From Gemmatimonas sp. (lineage in GTDB: Bacteria > Gemmatimonadota > Gemmatimonadetes > Gemmatimonadales > Gemmatimonadaceae): a stretch of 64,000 bases of DNA. The position numbers and the translations under genes were made by a program. The stretch is from positions 1,024,001 to 1,088,000 of the forward strand of contig OZ257156.1 in assembly GCA_965279375.1 (NCBI GenBank), in the 5' to 3' direction. This document shows positions 60,183 to 64,000 of the stretch, piece by piece. The notes under the pieces were generated by a model, which was not told the DNA's origin, ran no database searches, and was given only the letters and a program-made list of their open reading frames with translations. The first letter of the stretch is position 1; each line of letters begins with the position of its first letter.

Positions 60183-63100
60183 ATGCGATTTTCGATGCGA
60201 ATCTTCACTATTGCCGTGGTTTCCTGCGCCTTGGCGCGCCCGCTGGCCGCACAGTCCGCCGCCGACCTGATCCGCGGCCGCGTTGTCGATGACTCGAGTC
60301 GAGCGGTGGCGGGAGCGAGCGTGTTCATCACGCGAGGCCCCGATCGACTGGTCCAGCAGACGACCACAGATAGTGCCGGACGCTACCGCAGCCAGTTCGA
60401 GAACGGCACTGGTGACTATCTCGTCTCAGTCTCCGCTCCCGGCCTCAAGGCGGCGCGGCGGCGCGTGCAGCGTGTTGGGACGGAACGCGAGCTGATAGCC
60501 GACTTCATCCTTTCTCGCGATCTGGCCACGCTGGCCGCGGTGAAGGTGACGGCCGAGAAGCCGGTGCGCGCCAGAAACTCGGTGGGCAAGTTCAACACCC
60601 CGGAGCCCGGCGCCAACGAGGCCTGGTCAGGCGGGGTGAATGGACAGGTCGCGCCGGGACAGGCAGGCGACATCAACGCCATCGCCGGCACGGTCCCCGG
60701 CGTAACGATGACCGCCGGCGGACCCTCCATCATGGGCGCACCCAGCTCCTCCAATCTGAACACCCTCAACGGCATGGCACTGCCCGGCGGATCGCTGCCG
60801 CGCGCGGCCCGCACCGAGACCCGCGTCACCGGCGCCACCTTCGATCCCACACGTGGTGGTTTCTCCGGCGCCAACATCGACACGCGCCTCTCCCCGGGCG
60901 ACCGCGACTATCAGCAGCGCAACGCCTACTTCACGCTCGACGCCCCACAGCTCCAGGCCACCGATGCCGTCGGCCGCTCACTCGGCCTGCTCAACCAGAG
61001 CTTCCGTGGCAGCATCGGCGCGGACGGTGAACTGATTCGGAAGACGCTCACCTACAACATCGCCCTCGATCTCTCGCGCAGCAGCAGCGATCCGGCCACC
61101 CTGCTGGGCGGCTCGTCCGACGCCTGGCAGCGCGCCGGCGTCGCGCCAGACTCCGTTAACCGACTGCTGCAGCTCGCCACGGCGGCGCGTATTCCCACCG
61201 GAGGCGGCTCGATTCCCACGTCGCGTCAACGCGACGCCATCAGTTGGCTCGGCCGTCTAGACGATGTGCGCGACTCGCTGCGCACCCTGACGCTGACCAC
61301 GTACGCCAGCCGCAGCAGCGAAGGTGCGCTTGGCTTTGGCCCGCTCGCCACGCCCGCCTCGGGCGGCAGGAACGAAGAGCGGACGATGGGCGGGCAGTTC
61401 ACGCACTCCGTCTACGTGGGACCGGGCCGCTGGGTGCTGATGCAGAACAAGCTGTCGGCGAGCCGAGTGACGCAGCGCTCGACACCGTACCTCGTACTCC
61501 CCGGCGCCACGGTGCTGGTGCGCTCGGCCTCCGACGCCGCCGCCAACGATGTCGCGTCCCTAACCCTCGGCGGCAGTCCGTGGATCGCCACCGATGATGC
61601 GCGCTGGATTGTCGAAGGCTCGAACGAGCTGATCACGAACAAGCGCGGCACCAAGCACCGCTTCAAGTCGCTGCTGTGGGGACGCGCCGATGGACTCAGG
61701 CAGAGCGGACTCCCCAACAGCCTCGGGCAGTACGCGTACAACTCGCTCGCTGACTTCGCGGCCAACCGGCCAGCCTCGTATTCGCGCACAATCAGTCAGC
61801 CGACGCGCAGCGCAGAGTCGTACAATGGCGCGCTGGCCATCGCGCACCAGTGGAACAAGTCGCGCTGGTTCAGCATGCTCTACGGCGCGCGCGTGGAAGC
61901 CAATGCCTTCGGTGGCACGCCCCCGGTGAACAGCGCACTCGATGCCGCACTCGGTGTGCGCAGCGGTGTGGCACCGACACGCGTGCACGTCTCGCCGCGC
62001 ATGGGCTTCTCGTACACGTACAGCCGCGCGAAGGACAACGGCAACGGCATGAGCATGAACCAGCTCGGCTCGTTTCAACGTGCCGTGATGGGCTTCGTGC
62101 GCGGCGGCATCGGTGAGTTCCGCGATCTCTACAAACCCTCCACGCTGGCCGATGCAGTAGCGGGCTCCGGTCTCGTCGGCAGCACACTGGGGCTGTCGTG
62201 CGTGGGCGCTGCGGTCCCGGTGCCCGATTGGAACTCACTCGCCGCCAATCCGGGCGCGCTGCCTACATCGTGCGTCGACGGAACCAGTGCACTCGCGGAA
62301 CGCGCACCCTCAGTCACGCTGATCGATCCGTCGTTCGACGTGCCGCGCAGTTGGCGCGCATCGCTCGGCTGGGCGAGCAGCGTCGGCAAGTGGACCGTGA
62401 AGGTGGACGGCCTCGCGTCCTATGATCTGTCGCAACCCAGCACGCTCGACGCCAACTTCGCCGGTGTGTCGCGCTTTGCACTCAGCAGCGAAGGCGATCG
62501 CGCGATGTTCGTATCGCCCGCCGCGATCGATGCGGTATCGGGTGCAGTGTCGGCACGCGAGTCGCGGCGCTCGAATGCGTTCGGGCGCGTCGCGCAGCGC
62601 ACCAGCGATCTGCGCGGCTACGGTGGGCAGCTCACGGGCACCATAGCGCCCGACGTCTTCAAGTTCCGCTCGAAGCTGCAGGTCTATACATCGGCCTCGT
62701 ACACGCTGCAGCGGCTGCAGCAGCAGTTCCGCGGCTTCGACGGCGCCACCTTCAACGATCCGCGCGCCAAGGAGTGGGCCGTCGGCAGCAACGAGGCGCG
62801 TCACGCGTTTGTGCTGCAAGGTGGTATCGGCATTCCGAAGGTCGGCTTCTTCACGCTCTTCTCGCGCATCCAGTCCGGCATGCCATTCACGCCGCTGGTG
62901 CAGGGCGACATCAACGGCGACGGCCGCGCCAACGATCGCGCCTTCGTGCCCTCACTCGGTGGCACTACCGATCCCGCACTCGCGGCGCAGTTGCGCGCGC
63001 TACTGGCCGCGTCGCCAGGCAATGTGCGCAGCTGTCTCGAGTCGCAGCTTGGCGCCGTGGCAGGCCGCAATAGCTGCCGTGGCGCGTGGACGCAGTCGAT

Positions 63101-63899
63101 GAATCTGCAGTGGCAGCCGCGTGTGCCGATCAAGGTGCAGGGACGCAACATCGTCGCCAACGTCGCGTTTCAAAATCCACTCGGCGGACTCGATCAGATG
63201 CTGCATGGCGCCGCCAATCTGCGCGGTTGGGGCACACGCGCTGCGCCCGACCCCACGTTGCTCGTGCCGCGTGGCTTCGACGCCAGCACACAGCGCTTCA
63301 GGTACGACGTCAACCCTCGCTTCGGTGACACGCGCGCGTTCCGCACGTTGTCGCGCGAGCCGTTCCGCGTCACCGTCGATTTCTCGATCAACTTCAGCAC
63401 GCCGTACGATGTGCAGCAGTTGCGTCGCGCCATCGAGCCCGTGCGCACGCCGCGCGGCTGGGAGCGACGCACGGTCGACTCGCTCACCGCGTTCTACATG
63501 GACAAGTCGTCGAGCGTGCACCGCGTGCTACTGGCGGAGAGTGATTCGCTCTTCCTCACAAGGGACCAGATCGACAAGCTGGTCACCGCAGATTCAGTCT
63601 TCGGCAATCGCGTTCGCGAGATCTATCGACCGCTCGCCGAGTATCTGGCTACGCTACCCGGTGGTGTGCCGGGCAAGGCCGCGCTCGACAGCGCGAATGC
63701 GGTCGACAAGCGTTACTGGGTCATCTTCTGGGAGCAGGTGGACGTCGTGAGTCCGATCGTCACGGCGCAGCAGCGCGAACTGATGCCCTTCCTCAAGAAC
63801 ATCTTCGCCGTAACCGAGAAGGACCGGAAGAATTCCAAGTGGTACATGGGCTATCCCGTTCCCGCCGTGTACAAGCGTCCGAAGATCGGCTCGAGCTGA
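60183..63899 (+). CDS. Large outer-membrane TonB-dependent-receptor-like protein with N-terminal carboxypeptidase-regulatory-like domain and C-terminal helical extension
   Basis: Signal peptide, GRVVD.....V.GA.V...TD..GRY, plug-like FD..RGGFSG, SPR.GFSY and SG.PFTP.V.GDINGDG..ND motifs. Confidence 0.75.
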   Translation: MRFSMRIFTIAVVSCALARPLAAQSAADLIRGRVVDDSSRAVAGASVFITRGPDRLVQQTTTDSAGRYRSQFENGTGDYLVSVSAPGLKAARRRVQRVGTERELIADFILSRDLATLAAVKVTAEKPVRARNSVGKFNTPEPGANEAWSGGVNGQVAPGQAGDINAIAGTVPGVTMTAGGPSIMGAPSSSNLNTLNGMALPGGSLPRAARTETRVTGATFDPTRGGFSGANIDTRLSPGDRDYQQRNAYFTLDAPQLQATDAVGRSLGLLNQSFRGSIGADGELIRKTLTYNIALDLSRSSSDPATLLGGSSDAWQRAGVAPDSVNRLLQLATAARIPTGGGSIPTSRQRDAISWLGRLDDVRDSLRTLTLTTYASRSSEGALGFGPLATPASGGRNEERTMGGQFTHSVYVGPGRWVLMQNKLSASRVTQRSTPYLVLPGATVLVRSASDAAANDVASLTLGGSPWIATDDARWIVEGSNELITNKRGTKHRFKSLLWGRADGLRQSGLPNSLGQYAYNSLADFAANRPASYSRTISQPTRSAESYNGALAIAHQWNKSRWFSMLYGARVEANAFGGTPPVNSALDAALGVRSGVAPTRVHVSPRMGFSYTYSRAKDNGNGMSMNQLGSFQRAVMGFVRGGIGEFRDLYKPSTLADAVAGSGLVGSTLGLSCVGAAVPVPDWNSLAANPGALPTSCVDGTSALAERAPSVTLIDPSFDVPRSWRASLGWASSVGKWTVKVDGLASYDLSQPSTLDANFAGVSRFALSSEGDRAMFVSPAAIDAVSGAVSARESRRSNAFGRVAQRTSDLRGYGGQLTGTIAPDVFKFRSKLQVYTSASYTLQRLQQQFRGFDGATFNDPRAKEWAVGSNEARHAFVLQGGIGIPKVGFFTLFSRIQSGMPFTPLVQGDINGDGRANDRAFVPSLGGTTDPALAAQLRALLAASPGNVRSCLESQLGAVAGRNSCRGAWTQSMNLQWQPRVPIKVQGRNIVANVAFQNPLGGLDQMLHGAANLRGWGTRAAPDPTLLVPRGFDASTQRFRYDVNPRFGDTRAFRTLSREPFRVTVDFSINFSTPYDVQQLRRAIEPVRTPRGWERRTVDSLTAFYMDKSSSVHRVLLAESDSLFLTRDQIDKLVTADSVFGNRVREIYRPLAEYLATLPGGVPGKAALDSANAVDKRYWVIFWEQVDVVSPIVTAQQRELMPFLKNIFAVTEKDRKNSKWYMGYPVPAVYKRPKIGSS

Positions 63900-63938
63900 A
63901 CGCAAGCTGAACCAGACGAGCGACGGATATGGAAACGG

Positions 63939-63975
63939 ACGGGGTCGGTACGAATGTGCCGGCCCCGTTTCTGTT
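63939..63975 (+). terminator. Intrinsic terminator
   Basis: ACGGGGTCGGTAC-GAAT-GTGCCGGCCCCGT followed by TTCTGTT, 40 bp after the stop. Confidence 0.75.
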
Positions 63976-64000
63976 CGTGCGAAGTCGCAGATCGCGCGGT

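Noticed and set aside
1..64000. Anti-phage defence system, prophage or mobile element
   Set aside because: The helicases (RecQ, HrpB) and the GIY-YIG nuclease are housekeeping or repair types in non-defence contexts; no integrase, transposase, cas, restriction-modification or reverse transcriptase gene was recognised.

Overview
A high-GC bacterial chromosomal segment, almost fully coding, with about 50 protein genes. No rRNA, tRNA, CRISPR array, transposase, integrase or phage gene was recognised. The gene content (hemN-bchJ, FeS-type photolyase, many secreted hydrolases, DUF5916 and TonB-like outer-membrane proteins) suggests a phototrophic Gemmatimonas-like organism; this is inference. The best unannotated signal lies in the 240-bp gap between aroF-chorismate mutase and a divergent prephenate dehydratase. 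It is a complete Phe/Tyr-sensing transcription attenuator: a near-consensus TTGACA-N17-TAGGCT promoter, a leaderless 27-codon peptide carrying Tyr6 and Phe-Tyr-Phe (absent from the ORF track), a 9-bp antiterminator and a 14-bp terminator hairpin. Other signals are tandem TetR operators, an OmpR-type direct repeat beside a tiny secreted Ala/Lys-rich protein, a REP-like hairpin present twice, and recurrent leaderless-type starts. Unusual proteins include an SdpA/SdpB-like HTTM pair, a serine-less S41 protease homologue, a secreted creatininase homologue with altered metal ligands, and a DUF5916 gene broken by a 1-bp frameshift. All family assignments come from motif recognition by eye; no database search was run.
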